Shown: in pieces, positions 28,251-42,482 of the stretch
Layout: every line of letters begins with the position of its first letter
How positions within the stretch are numbered: the first letter of the stretch is position 1
NCBI GenBank assembly: GCA_951406725.2
Contig: OX597815.1
Coordinates: 63,984,001 to 64,048,000 of the forward strand
From: Octopus vulgaris
Taxonomy: Eukaryota
Direction: 5' to 3'
DNA: 64,000 nucleotides
Notes under the pieces: model-generated
What the model was told of the DNA's origin: nothing
What the model saw: only the letters and a program-made list of their open reading frames with translations
The model's database searches: none
Translations under genes and position numbers: made by a program

Positions 28251-28689
28251 AATCGCCTTGGCTGTGACAATGTTACCTTCAGGAAGAATTGACATAAATG
28301 ACCAGCAGTTTAGAGACAGTACAGTTCAGAGACTCAACACAACTGCTTCTCCAGTCCAGGAGTAACAACATACAGTTTGAGTTCAGCATGATTGAATTCA
28401 TCTCTATATGCAGCTCTTTACAGAATAACAGTCATTTCTATGTGATTCGAACAAACAGAATGTGGCAAAAGCACTGTAGTCGACCAGCAGAAGGCTGCAC
28501 GCGAAAATCGCAAAAATTCTGGTTTTGTTGATGTTCCGACATCTGGACCACGCGTATATCATGTACCCTATTCTCTGTATGTTCATATTAGACAGAAAAG
28601 AATTTTAAAAATATTAGCGGGTCACTTACTTTGGTCTAATATCCTAGACGTGCTGTCCCTTATATCTATCAATGTCTTAACTCTTTTAA

Positions 28690-28998
28690 AATTTCTGCTC
28701 ACTGTATAAGATTTACATCATTGTCTCAAGATTTCCCTCATTCGGCACATTCTGAGCTTTGATATTTTTCATACTTGCAACTGAGATATTCTTTATACTT
28801 TTCCACACTTGCAACTGATTCATTTGTACAGCAGGGTTCTTCATTTAATGCCAGAATTCCTACAGCGCACAACATCGTATTTGTATTTCTGGATGGTATC
28901 GTCTTTGTACTCAAGTGAATGCTGGATCTGTTGGCTGGCAACCATTGCAATGGGTAGGTTCTTCTCAGTTTTCAGTCCAGAAAATTTGTGCTTGTAGC
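28690..28998 (-). pseudogene. Possible decayed R4/RLE-type LINE fragment (zinc-knuckle region)
   Basis: Minus-strand ...KLRMCRMREILETM.NLI resembles the CRxC..ET..HL knuckle; heavily decayed and adjacent to an (AAC)n tract. Confidence 0.35.
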
Positions 28999-29189
28999 TA
29001 TTGTTGTTGCTGTTGTTGTGGTGATTGTTTTGGCTTTTAGTTACTATAACAACAACAATGGTTGATCTAAACGACTCTATTTTCATTGGTTGTCATTGTT
29101 GCCGAGAGAATGTGACGCTACACTGTCTCTTTCCACCACCTCTTGTCATCACCATTGATTATGCTCTTTGCGGAATCCTGAAATGTTGT

Positions 29190-29760
29190 AAGTAAGGAGA
29201 GGGATAGTCGATCATATCGAACCCAGTACTTGAATTGACTCCAGAGAGGTGATCTTGGAAGGATTTGATTTCAGAGCGTATAGAACTGGAATGAAATACC
29301 GCAAACCATTTTGTCCAACGCTCTACCGACTTTAGACGTTCAGTTTAGCAGTAGTTAGAATCATTCTTTCTAATTTAAGCAGAAGACCAGCAATTTTGAG
29401 TGGAGAGATAAGTCGATTACATCGACCTCAGTCCTCAACAAGCATTTCTTTTTATTTAGCCCAAAAGGATGAAAGGCAAACTGGACGTTGGGGACATTTG
29501 AATGCAGAACATAAAGAGCTACAAGAAATGCCACGAAGCATTTTGTCCAGCGCAGTACCGATTCATTAATTTAATATTAATAAGTTTAGCATAAAGCCAA
29601 CAATTTTGGAGGAGGTGGGTAAGTCGATTACGTCGACTCCTGAGCTTAACTGATACTTATTTTCATTGACCCCGAAAAGATGAAAGGCCGAATTTGAACG
29701 TAGCGACAGACGAAATGCTGCTAAGCATTTTGCCCGGCGCGCTGACGATTCAGCCAGTCT
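29190..29760 (-). mobile_element. Tandem array of three SINE copies
   Basis: Three repeats of agtcgat(t/c)a(c/t)atcga..gatgaaaggc..atttgaa..aagcattttg(t/c)cc. Confidence 0.75.
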
Positions 29761-29846
29761 TAGTAGTAGTAGTAGTAGTAGTAAGAAGAAGAAGAAAAAG
29801 AAGAGATTTATAATGAAAGTAAAATAAAAATAACAACAACAATAAC

Positions 29847-29890
<44 letters not shown>

Positions 29891-29951
29891 TGATAATAAT
29901 AATAACAACAACAACAACAATAACAATAACAATAACAATAATAACAATAAC

Positions 29952-30042
<91 letters not shown>

Positions 30043-30045
<3 letters not shown>

Positions 30046-30556
30046 GCCCTGATGCTGTACCAGACAGTGGCTCTTATGGCTTTTGATTTTAACTGATTGG
30101 AAGTGTTATCATGTACTTTGTTTTGTCTTGTATAAAAGATGGGCTACAACAAATTTTCTGCTCAATACCACAGATTTGCTTGTCAGTTGTTTGACCTTAA
30201 CCAGTTGAGCATGTCCCTTAGTGGCGGTGCATCATAGCCATGTGTTGCGAGGAATTCTTTATGGTTTGGATAATTCACCTCTGGAAGCATAGTTGTTTCG
30301 TTCAACATCTTTAAACAACCCTTATTTAGGGACCGTTTACGCGGGATAGGCTATCCAAACTTAAGAAAATTCTAACTAGGCTCCACCTGCAACGTCATGT
30401 GCTGTTTCTCATGATATGAGATCACTATGCAGTGCATATATGGTTATGATACTTGTGCCTGGTATACTCTGATCAGGCGAATAGTGATGATCGTTATACT
30501 GAACTTCGTATATTTTACCCCAGTATCACTTTGGTGGTATGCACTGATTTCTCACT
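30043..30556 (+). mobile_element. ~550-bp non-coding repeat embedded in (TAA)n, copy 1
   Basis: Collinear with 30630-31186, with an internal ~40-bp deletion; ends ctcactc-(AAT)n. Confidence 0.75.
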
Positions 30557-30572
30557 CAATAATAATAATGAC

Positions 30573-30611
<39 letters not shown>

Positions 30612-30629
30612 AATAATAATAAAGCTTAT

Positions 30630-31186
30630 AGATGCCCTGATGCAGTACCAGGCAGCGGTACTCGTGACTTAGAATCTTAACTGATTAGAAGTGTTATCAT
30701 GTACATTGTTTTGCCTTGGTATATAAGATGGGCTACAGCAAATATTCTGCTCAATACCACAGAATTGCTTGTCAGTTGTTTGACCTTAACCATTTGAGTA
30801 TGTCCCTTAGTGGCTGACGATATGTGCATCTCTGATCATGAGCAGAAGTAGTGGGGAGCATCATAGCCATGTGTTGAGAGGGATTCTTTCGGATTTGAAT
30901 AATTCACCATTGGAAACATGGGTGTTTCGTTCAACATCCTTAAACAACCATTATTTAGGGACCTTTTAAGTAGTATGGGCTACTCGACCAGAAGAAAATT
31001 CTAACCGGGCCCCACCTGCGAGGTCATGTGCTGTCTATCTTGATATGAGATCACCATGTCACGCACATATGGTTGTGATGCACGTACTTAGTGTACCCTT
31101 ATCAGAAGAGTAGTCATGAAGGGTATACTAGGCTTCATATATTTTACCCCAGTGTCACTTTGATAGCATGCGCTGCTCTCTCACTC
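30630..31186 (+). mobile_element. ~550-bp non-coding repeat embedded in (TAA)n, copy 2, with 18-bp TSD
   Basis: Flanked by the identical aataataataaagcttat at 30612-30629 and 31187-31204. Confidence 0.8.
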
Positions 31187-31204
31187 AATAATAATAAAGC
31201 TTAT

Positions 31205-31500
31205 TAAACCCGGAACTACCAAGCCAATGTGATAAAAAATGGAGCTGACCCAAAATGCCGATCCTGAAACGATGAGATCTTAACTATAGACCACTTAATC
31301 TCAGTGTGTAGAGTCTTACCACCTGTAGAATATAAAACAAGAAATGACAGAGTCGGCCAGTATTTACACTTGTCAATATGTCGGCATTATAAAATCAAAA
31401 CCGCTGACAAATGGTATATACACCATCCTGTGACTGAAGGAGAAAATGTGTCGATTCTCTGGGACTTCAGCGTACATACCGACAAAACTATAATACAGAA
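31205..31500 (+). pseudogene. R4/Dong-like (RLE) LINE zinc-knuckle fragment
   Basis: DPKCRS*N..TIDHLISVCRVLPPVEYKTRNDRVGQYLHLSICRHY..ENVSILWDFSVHTDKTI: CCHC, RHD-like and ILWD motifs. Confidence 0.8.
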
Positions 31501-32980
31501 TTGATCCGAGGAAATCAAAGACTCGGAAAAGTGAACGTCAGACGTGCTAGCTCACCTCCATTACTATTTGTACTGGCCATTTGTGACTGGCCATTGGACG
31601 ATATAAAAGTTTATGTGAAAGATGTGAAACAACTTGAAAATCTTGTACATACTATATGTATTTTCTCAAATAGTGTAGGAAGAGTTGAAAGAAGCCAGAG
31701 AATTGAAAAGCCAAACGGGCAAACAATGAGAGCGGTTGAGAAAGGACAGTGGTATAAGTACTTGGGAATACTGGAAACAGACGAAATAAAAGAAAAATGA
31801 AGAAATGAAACAAATGACCAGTGGGAGAGTGAGAAACTTATTGCAGCCAAAGCTGAATTCAGAAAATCTTGTTGAAGCAATAAATTCAAGAGTAGTATCC
31901 TTAATCAGATGTGGAGTTGGAATAATAGACTGGACCAGAAATTAAATAAAGAAACTTAACAAGAAAACTAGAAAACTGTTGAAGATGTATGGAGTTCACC
32001 ATCCGAAATCTGATATCAACCAGTTATACTTGAAGAAAGACTAGGGTGGAAGAGGCTTAATAGCAGTAAAAGAATATGAACAGATGGAAAGAAAAAGTCC
32101 AGTGGAGTATTTGCAGAGCAGTACAGAAAATCTACTAAAGGCAGTTAAGAAAGAACAAGTGATGAATCGTGTAATAAGAGAAAAGGACAAGCATGAAATA
32201 CAAAGAGGGAACGCTAGAAAGACTGAAGAGAAACTTCTGTATGGTCAATTACGGAGAGCCACTGAAGCTGTGGGATAAAATCCTGGACTTGGTTAAAGAA
32301 AGGGGCATTCAAAACAAAAAAAAAGAAAAAGAAAAAGAAACAGAGAGCCTAATTGTAGCAGCCCAAGATCAAGCGAATAAAAACAAACAACTTGAGAAAA
32401 AAAAATATAACTGGAGAAAATGTGTCAGAAAAATGTAGAACCTATGGAACTTGAAACGAGCCAGCGACACACATTGTGACAGAATGTTCCAAGTTGGCAC
32501 AAGAAGAATATAAGAAATGGAGACACGATCAGGCTGCAAAAGTTTTATACTGGAAACTTTGCCAGAAATGGAGATTTGAAGCTGGAAACAACATGGCACA
32601 ATCAGCGAGTTGAAAGAGCACGAAACAGTACTAAAAAAAAAGAAAAAAGAAAAAAGAAAAGAAGAAAAGAAACATATTATCCTATAAAATTTGAAATAAG
32701 AAGAATTTCGAGTATGAGAACTGTCAAGGTCGTGCCTATAGTAGCTGGGGCGTTAGGAACAGTAAGCAAAGATATAGACGAATGGCTAAAGGAGATTGGA
32801 ATAGAATGTCCTGTATAGCTCCTACAGAAAGTTTGTCACTTAGAGACAGCAAGGATTATGAGGAGAGTTCTAAGCACTTGAAAGACTACTGAAAACTTGG
32901 AGATACCTAAATTTACAGGTAGTAACCCGCTACCCATATAAATCCTACCACGAATAAGAACGAAACTGAGTCAAACCAAA
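31501..32980 (+). pseudogene. R4/Dong-like (RLE) LINE, decayed RT to 3' end
   Basis: SPPLLFVLA, DDIKVY, YKYLGILE, HHPKSDINQLYL..GGRGL, TESLIVAAQDQA, VVPIVAGALGTV, LLQKV..LETARIMRRVL; ends in aataataacaac. Confidence 0.85.
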
Positions 32981-33875
32981 TAATAACAACAACAACAACT
33001 GCAACAATGGCGTCAGTTGTTACTAAAGCAAATACGCAGTTAGAAAACTTTGTTGCAATGGTACATGTCATTAATGGCCAGTATATGTCTATTAATGTAG
33101 TCTAACACAGACACAAATACATATATGCACACAAGCATTCACTCAGCTTACATACAATCAAACACGCATACGCATGCACATGAATACAAACCTCAACCCT
33201 ACACACATAATCACACTTACACATGTACTTACACATATACTATCATACGCAAGCATACACACAATCACACACGCATAAAGGTACACATATACAATCGCAC
33301 ACACTGAAACGCAGATACACAGATAGACACAAACACCCACACAATGCACACACACAGACACACAGACATGTTCTACGTTGATCTCAAACATTAATGTGAG
33401 CGATCCCATGATAGTATAAAAGTAGGTAAGTGTATATATGCAGTGTATATATGTGTATGCATGCGAGAGTGTGTATGTATGTGTGCGTGTTTGCCTGTGT
33501 ACATAAGGCTGTGTGTATCTATGTTTGTGTACACATATGTGTATATGCGTATGGGTGTGTTGTGGGGTTGCTTGCTTGCATGCATGTGGCTGTGTATATG
33601 CGTGTGTGTATATATTTATACGTATGGATGTGTGCCTGTGTGTGTATTTGTGCGCATTAGTATATGGATGTGTGCGCGCATATATGTACGTTTCTGTGTA
33701 TTTGTCTGTGTGTATGAGTATGTCTGTCTGGGTTGTGTTTGTGTGTGTGTTTGTGTCTGTTCTTGCATGTGTGCGTATATTTGCCTGTGTTCACGAGTGT
33801 GACTGTGCGTATGTGTGTATGAGTATCTACAGTGTGTGTGTGTGAGTGTCTGTGTGTGTGTGTGTGTGTTTGTGT

Positions 33876-33958
<83 letters not shown>

Positions 33959-34903
33959 TGTATGTGTGTGTGTGTATGTACAAGTGATTGGTCAGACCAA
34001 CCTAGACGTGGAAACCTTTTCCACTTATCGTGCACGGATGACTGAAGGCCGACATTTTGGAAAGTTAGTCATTAAGAATTTCTGGCTGTTTATTTTTGTT
34101 ATTTTTCTAATTTTTGTTTTCTTGTTTTTTGTGACATTCATCTGCTTCTTTCTAAAAGTTGCTGCCAAAAGTCTACAACACCGTCAAGTCATTGAGAAAG
34201 TTGTTACCAGGAAGCAACATCAATTCCACCGATTCATAAAGCAGATTTTATATGCGCAGACATGGCTGTGTGGTTAAAACGTTGCATTCGCAAATAAGAG
34301 CTTCCAGTTTCGATTATACGCTATGATACTGTGAGCAAGTTTTTTTTTTAAACATAACCCTAAATTGATTGACTTCATATGCGTGGAATTTTGTAGACAG
34401 AGACACTAGAAAAAACTATATATATATATATTTTTTTTTTTTTTTCTTTATTTGTGTAGTAAGGCTACCATTGGCTTCATGTTAAAAAAATATCTTAATA
34501 TCTTCACATGAAACCAATACAAAAATAAAGAAATTTTATCCCCTAATGCGGCGTTGAGCACTCACTCTCGTCATTCGAAATTTACGTATGTATACACACA
34601 CACACACATCCCGGTAACTTATCGGTTCGGCGAAAAGAAACCATATACCCATAGAATAAGTATCAGATGTAGGGAAAAACTAAGTACTGGGGTCGATTTG
34701 TTAGACTTAAACTTTCAAGGCTGTGCCACAGCATGGCTGCAGTCCAGTGAGTAAAAAATGTCAAAGATAAAAGATTTTTCTCTGTATGTCTATGCGTGTA
34801 TGTATGTATATACACACATACATACACATACACACATATATGTATTATGTATTTCTCCATTCCCTGAGGCGATAAATCTTTCACCTTTTAATGTATACAT
34901 TCA

Positions 34904-34949
<46 letters not shown>

Positions 34950-35192
34950 TATACGTTAGTTTCATTAATAAATGATTCCGTCACTAAGTCATCGAAACCA
35001 TTACGTCCAGGTTCTGGACGCAATGGCTCTCATCTAGATTTTTAACTATTCGGCCAAAAATAAAGAGACACTAGTATAAATATATACACTCACGCACACA
35101 ATTTCATTCATATCTTTACATGGATGTATGAAAACATAGATTTAAGTAGAAGAGTATAGTGTGTTCTTACAGATGGCAGACAGACATAGATA

Positions 35193-35852
35193 AGTTTCTT
35201 TATTGGCCACACAGGGCTGCACACAGATGGGACAAGTTACAAGGTAGAGCTTTTCTTTTGGGGGATGAAGAGAACAAAAGACAAAAGAAAAAAGAAAAAA
35301 AATGGGGTGGCGTAGGTTTTCGATCAAGAGGGATCGTAAAAGGGAAGAAAAGAACAAAAAAAAAAGGGAAAAGGAAAAGGAACAAAAGGAAAGAGAAATG
35401 AAAAAAGAAGAAAAAAGGGGACAAAAAAGGGGGAAGAGGAAAAAAAGAACGATCAATAGGGATCATGTATCACAGTGTTATGATATATGGTGTAAAGGGG
35501 AAAGCAAGTAGGGTTTATCCGTGGGAAGAAAAGCCTACGAAAAAGACCACGGTAACCTTGGTCAATATTGTTATATGTTACCACATTTGTTTGCAAGTGG
35601 GTAACCCTCTGTTTTCAATTTCTGGGTTCATAGGATTATGCTCAAGGTGGCTTCGTCACTCATACGTGCCATCCTTGCTGCATTCACCCATCTTTTTTTA
35701 AAACATTCGCTAGACAAAACTTGCCTCTCTACTCTCACTTTCCTTTTCAAGTGGTACTTGAAGAAGTTGATGAGAGATTGACCAGAGAGGAAAGTGTTTG
35801 TCTCCAATCCTTTCAGACGCGTCCACCAGATACATTCTTTCGCCATAGCCAC
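35193..35852 (-). mobile_element. 5'-truncated Tx1/L1-like LINE with 14-bp TSD
   Basis: ORF2 C-terminus VAMAKECIWWTRLKGLE...FKKRWVNAARM plus 3' UTR with AATAAA; flanked by gacagacatagata at 35179-35192 and 35853-35866. Confidence 0.8.
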
Positions 35853-35859
35853 GACAGAC

Positions 35860-35972
<113 letters not shown>

Positions 35973-36316
35973 AAAGGTGAGTGAGTGAGAGAGTTTCATA
36001 TGCAGACGATGTTGATCTAAAAGTCTCCAGAAGAGAAAAACCAAAGCAGATTGGAAGACATATTTCAAATAGAATGAAGAACAACAGATTATCAAAGTTA
36101 TAGAAAGAAAAAAAATTCTCAAAAGTGCTTTATGGAATGCTCTATGTCTAGAAATGGTGGAGTGTACCATGTCTAGAATTTGTTTTGTGTAGAGGCATAA
36201 AGCCAACAAAGCCAAATGGAAGGGCATAACTCACAAACATCCAAAGACATTTACTAAGAAACATGGCTGATAGCACCCAGACAACATATACATAAGTGAT
36301 GTTGACGACGCCGACA

Positions 36317-36353
<37 letters not shown>

Positions 36354-39300
36354 CGATGATGATGACGACGACGATGATAATGATGATGATGATGATGACG
36401 ATGACGATGATGATGATGGTCATCATCAGAAGCAGCAGCTGCGGCATCAGCGGCACTTGCAGCAACAGCAATGGTAGCAACTAACCTTCATCAGATTTAT
36501 CAGTAACACAGCTACAACAATAATAGCAACAACAACAACAACAGAAACAGCAACAGACAACAACAACAACACGCAGCAGCAACAATAACAACATTATATT
36601 TAAATAATCTTCCTCAGCTCTAATACCGCCATATACTCAATCATCACTATCTACATTGATTATAACAATCATTATCACCAGCGCCGCCACCACCATCGTC
36701 GTTGTCGTCGTCGTCTTCATCATCATTATTATCATCGTCACCACCGCTACCAACACTATCTCCTGTTTCCCCCACCAAGACCACTACCACTAACATCACG
36801 ACAATCAGCCTCTCCATCCTCACTATCAAAATTATCACCACCACCATCACCACCATCATCATCATTATCATCATCACTAACAGTCATACCTACCTACGTG
36901 AGTCTGTGCTACCCACCCATCCATCATCATTATAACTCAGTCCTCGTCATCAGCTTTATTCCTGACATATATCATTAATGTTTTAGGACCACACACACAC
37001 AAACACACACACACACACACATACACACACACATACACACACACATACACACACACACGCTTGCATACATAGACACTGCATATGCACGCACGCAGATTTA
37101 CTTTTAAGCACATGCACAAATACACACAATTTTGCACTGAGTCATAAAATTATATATATACAAACTCCTGTGTGTATATTTGTGTATATATACGTGTGTG
37201 TGTATATATATATGTATATATATGTATATATACTTATAATGTTTATGTATCCATTTAGATATGCATATATGCATAATATAATATTTATACTATCATTTAT
37301 ATATACGTATCCATGTGTATATGCGTGTGCACGTCTCTGTACGTGTTTGTGAGTGTAAATATGTACGTATAGTATTACTTTTAAAGTCACCTCTATCAAA
37401 ATACATAAACATATAAGAACGTAAATGCAAACAATATTTACATACATATATACATACATGCATACATACATACATACATGCATACATACATACACACATA
37501 AATGCATACATACATACACACATACGCATATGTAAACACATACAATGTCACGCATGCTTACAGATACATATGCTCGCGTACACGTACTCACACACACACA
37601 CACACGCACACAAAATGCAATGAGGATCCCAATAACAGAAATTACTAGTCATACATCATTTTATAGATTCCTTGCCACCACACATACACACACACACACG
37701 CATACACACATTTACACACACACGCACACACAAGCTGTATAAACACATACACATACCTACACGCACATAAACAGATAAACACATGTATTCATATACGGAC
37801 ATACACAAACAAATATGCCACCCACATGTACGTAGACAGACACAGTCGCACAAACAATATAAAATCTCAGGTATAGGCATACAAACATGTAGATAGACAT
37901 TCTTTGGACTACGCATGCGTAAATGTAGTTGTGAAAGTTAACCAGGGGCAATGAAGAGATAAGTGAAAGAGAGAAAGAAGAGGAAGAATTGAAAGAAAAG
38001 AAATGTATTAAGAAAGAAGAAAAGAAGAAAAAGAGAGAAAGAATATAGGAAAATGAGGAAGAAATTTGGGTGGATAAAAGAAAAGAAGAAAGGGAAAATG
38101 AGGAAGAAGTTTGGATGAATAAACGGAAAGAAGGAAAGAAAATAAAAATAAAAAGATAGAATGAATGAGTGAATGAGGAAAAGTTTAAAATGAAGTGACA
38201 TTCGATGGAAAGAAAAAGAAAATTTTAAAAAAGACCGAGGACAAAAGTAGGAGAAAAAGAAAAGGAAAAATGAAAGAAAGAAATGGGGAAAATATTGAAG
38301 GGAGAACATTCATTACAACAGTTACAAGCCAAATTTTTCTCTAAGTTAGTGTTGACATTTTATGTAGAGGCAAATAAAAACTAGAAATAATTATGTAGTG
38401 AATGAAAGGAAAAATATTGGTTTGTTTACGCCTCCGTGACTTGGCGGTTTTGCCTATAGAGACCAGTAGAATAAGTACCAGTCTTTAAAAATTAAGTACT
38501 TAGGTCGATAAGTTCCATCAAGACATTGCTCCAGTATGGCCGTAGTCCAATGACTGAAACAAGTAAAAGATAAAAGAGAAAAGATTAGTCCGGAGGCAAC
38601 ACTGAACATATTAAGCTTCTTATTCTCACCACATCAGTGTAAAAGATGAATAACAAGATGAGAGAATCACAATCAGGAATAAAAACATTGTACAATGATA
38701 CATCTAGGTTGCCTAAAGACGCCATCTGGATGAAACATAATAGTTAAATTAACGTTTACCTAGCTAGTAAAGGATGCTCATGCCTTTCTTGTTGATATTT
38801 AGTAACATAAACATGACTATTCCGGCGAGAAAATGTAGCTTATCGTTTGTTAACGAATATATTTAAACCATTCCCTTTTGTGAAGATGCGTGGCATTAAC
38901 GTAAAGGAGTTGTATTCACGATCAGCGTAAGATCATGGTTCCGATCTCTGCACCGGACAGTGTATTGTGTTCTTGAGCGAAACACTTCATTTCACTTTGC
39001 TGCAGTTCATTCAACTGTAAATGAGTTCCAGTAATAACTGGGAAATTAATCCTGCATTTGGACCGGCATCCCGTCGAGATAAGTTGGGGGTGGGGGGTAT
39101 TGTAATCTCAGTTATTTATACTGAATTGAACTCCAATATGACTGGAGCTTTGTCGCTCGACATGCGAAAGATAACAACGAAATCCCCCTTAAATCATACG
39201 CCTCTATCTTCAGTAAAGGATACATTTCACAATCTAGTTTCCTGATATAGACAATCTAGTCCTTATAGGTCCCTGAGCTCATGAGAGATCTAAGTCTAAA

Positions 39301-40035
39301 GCTATCCACCTATAGGCGATGAATTATGGAATAAAGCTACAAAGACTAAACCTCAGTAAATCTATGTTGCCACCTTTGATCGGTGATCCGATTCTCTGTT
39401 AAGGCCTACGCACACTGGAGAGTCACTCAGAAGACCCAAGAGTCTGGGAGTGCAATATTGAGATTTTCATGCTGGAGCTAAATGAATACATTGGCTCCAG
39501 CGCATTGCTTTATCTTACGGGGTAAGGTGGCTATAATACGACCCTACAATGGCTATCCCCACTTTACTGAGAACAATGGAAAGTAGATTCAATATCAGTG
39601 CAGAATTTTTAACCTACAAAAATTGAGAGATCGAAGTAAAAATTGATTTCTCACATGGTTAGAAAGTGAACAAAAGAACCTATATGCTGTCGAGGAGCTA
39701 GAAACAGCGACGCCAACAACAGCAGCATCAACTCCAAACGTCAATAAAAACATCGAATAAATCAGACCCTAATTTATTGAATAGAAAATTTAGGGCTGAA
39801 TCTTTCAAGATGTCTTCCCCACCACAAGATGTCATGATTTCAACAACCGATAGCCGAAGGGGAGATGTGGAAACTAAATTTAACCCCAATATGGTTAGAA
39901 TTAAATCTTGTGATCCTAAGTTTGCTTGATCAGAGATTACTTACGGCTAAATAATAACAATAATGGCAACTGGTACTTTGCATATTGACCTCAGAAGGAT
40001 AGAATGTAGGGTCAGTCCTTGAACCTAGAATATTA

Positions 40036-40248
40036 GTTTCAAATTTTGGCAAAATGCCAAGAATTTCGAGGGAGGAGTAAGTCAGTTACATCGACCCAAC
40101 TACTCAATTGGTACTTATTCTATTTACCCCACAAGGGATGAAAGGCAAAGTCAACTTCTGTGGCATTTGAATTCAAACCATAAAGACGGGCAAAACGCCG
40201 CTAAGCATTTTGCCCGACGTGCTAACAATTCTTCCAGTTCACCGCCTT
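40036..40248 (-). mobile_element. SINE with 18-bp TSD
   Basis: cttgaacctagaatatta (40018-40035) / cttgaacctagactatta (40249-40266); body is the same family as 29190-29760. Confidence 0.8.
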
Positions 40249-40974
40249 CTTGAACCTAGACTATTAAGTGATTGAATATTGACTTACATACAATGTTCCC
40301 AAAGCCATTGAACGGTGCGGTTATGAACAATTATCGATCCAGTACGAAACATGGAATTTACTTTATCGATCTCTCCTCCACCATTGGCAGTAGTGAAGGT
40401 GTTGGATGTGAGAATTAAATGGAAACTAACCCTGGCGGAATTTGAACTCAAAACTCTTAATTGAAGTAGTTATTGATATCTTTGTCTAAAATCCTCGAGT
40501 TTGTAATGAAATGGTGTGACTGAGTGGATACACTGGGAGGTCTCCAGTTAGCGTTTGCTCCGGAGCAATGAGAACTCACCGAATAGAAAGTAGAATGTAA
40601 AAGATGAGCGTGAGAATGGCCGTAGCATTAAGAATTTTTCGTTTCACAACTTCGAAGTTTTGAGTTCAAACACAGCGCGACATTTTGCGCAAAGTCTCTT
40701 CTATTATAGCCCAGGGTCAGTTAAAGTCTTTTGACCGACGGAGAAAACGGAGGGTCTGGCGGAGAGAGTGTTTCTATTCTCGGAAAACTCTTTCTATTGT
40801 TCAGTTCTACACCATTACCCGTTCCTTGAGTTCCGGTAGCTGAACACCCCCCACTTTGTCTTTGGGTACCTTTAGCAGGGTCCATCCCACATCGTATGGG
40901 ACCTTTGCAAAGAGTCACGGACGAAGCTATTACTATATATATACACACGCGCGCACACACGCACACACACACAC

Positions 40975-41018
<44 letters not shown>

Positions 41019-41047
41019 ACACGCATATAGACGTACACTTACAAATA

Positions 41048-41972
41048 CTGGGTCATCCCATAAATAATGCGGTTTTTTATACTTCTTTTATTTTTAAAAA
41101 TTAAGATAAGCAAAGTTCTTTTTTAATCTAAAATATACTCTCCTTCATTTTCTATAATGCTACTCTTCCATCTATCAGGTAGACTTGCAAGGCTCTTCTT
41201 CCAAAATTCACTTGTCCGTGACGAAATGTACTTATCCAGTACTGTTTTGACCTCTTCTACAGAGTTCATATTTTTTCCGTTCAAATGATTTTGAAGACTG
41301 CGGAATAAATGATAATCAGATGGGGCGATGTCCGGCGAATATGGTGGGTGAGGCATCGTTTGGAATCCAAACTGTTCCAGCCTTTGGGATGTCATCCTTG
41401 TTGTATGTGGCCAAGCATTATCTTGACGGAAAAATACCTTTCGTCTTGAAACCAAAGATGGTCGTTTTTCTTCTAGCGCTGACTTAAATGATTAGTTGAA
41501 TGACCAAATCCAAGCTTCTCTGCTAGTTCCTCAACAATTACGATGGGATTTTGTTCCACCAGGGTTTTATGACGTCCTCGTTGAGTTCTATAGATCTTCC
41601 AGGACGAGGCTCATCTTTTAGGCTGTAGTTTCCGGCTCAGAATTACTGGAAACACCGTTGACACTGGCTTACGCTTATTGTCCGATTCCCATATACTACA
41701 TTAATATTCCTTGCACTTTCCGTTGTGCTGTTGCCTTGATTGAGCTCATAAAGCAAAATATGCTGAATATGCTCCCTTGTCACTTCCATTATAGCTTTGA
41801 AAAACGATTATTAAAATCGAACTGCACTTTTCAAAACTTGCACTAAGAATAAATACAGGGTGAAATTACTAACTGCCTTTATAGCACGTTGATGCAGATA
41901 GTTTATCCTGTCTCCCTCTGACTTTTAGTTCATGCAATTGAAAAAGACCACATTATTTATGAGATGACCCAA
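41048..41972 (-). mobile_element. Internally deleted mariner transposon
   Basis: ~31-bp TIRs (ctgggtcatcccataaataatgcggtttttt vs revcomp ttgggtcatctcataaataatgtggtcttttt) with TA on both sides. Transposase pseudogene from ATG 41789 (MEVTREHIQHILLYE...DEPRPGRS) to QDNAWPH..HPPYSPDIAPSDYHLF (ends 41123). Confidence 0.92.
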
Positions 41973-42184
41973 TATATACACATACATGCATGGACACACA
42001 CATGCATACCTTTCTACATACATATATGTACTGTACAGGCTCATACAAACATACACACATGCATACATAAGGTATAAATACATACATACATACATAGGTG
42101 CGTGCATACATGCATACATACAGACATACATACATATATACATACATACATACATAGACGCAGACAGTTATATATACATGCACA

Positions 42185-42482
42185 TATGGCACTACGTCAG
42201 TTAAGACGACGATGATTCCAGATGATCCGATCAACTGAACCACCTGCTTGTTAAATTAGTGTACAAGTGGCTGAGTACTCCACAGACACGTGTATCCTTA
42301 AAGTAGTTCTCAGGGGAAATTCAGCGTGACACACAGTGTGACAAGGCTAGCCTTTTGAAATACAGGTACAACTCATTTTTGCCAGCTGATTGGACTGGAG
42401 CAACGAGAAATAAACGCGACGCCGGGAGTTGAACTCATGACCTTACGATCGTAGGCCAAACACCTACTAAGGCACGCGCCTT
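42185..42482 (-). mobile_element. tRNA-derived SINE
   Basis: Minus-strand head ggcgcgtgccttagtaggtgtttggcctacgatcgtaaggtcatgagttcaactcc; body homologous to 3760-3940. Confidence 0.75.
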
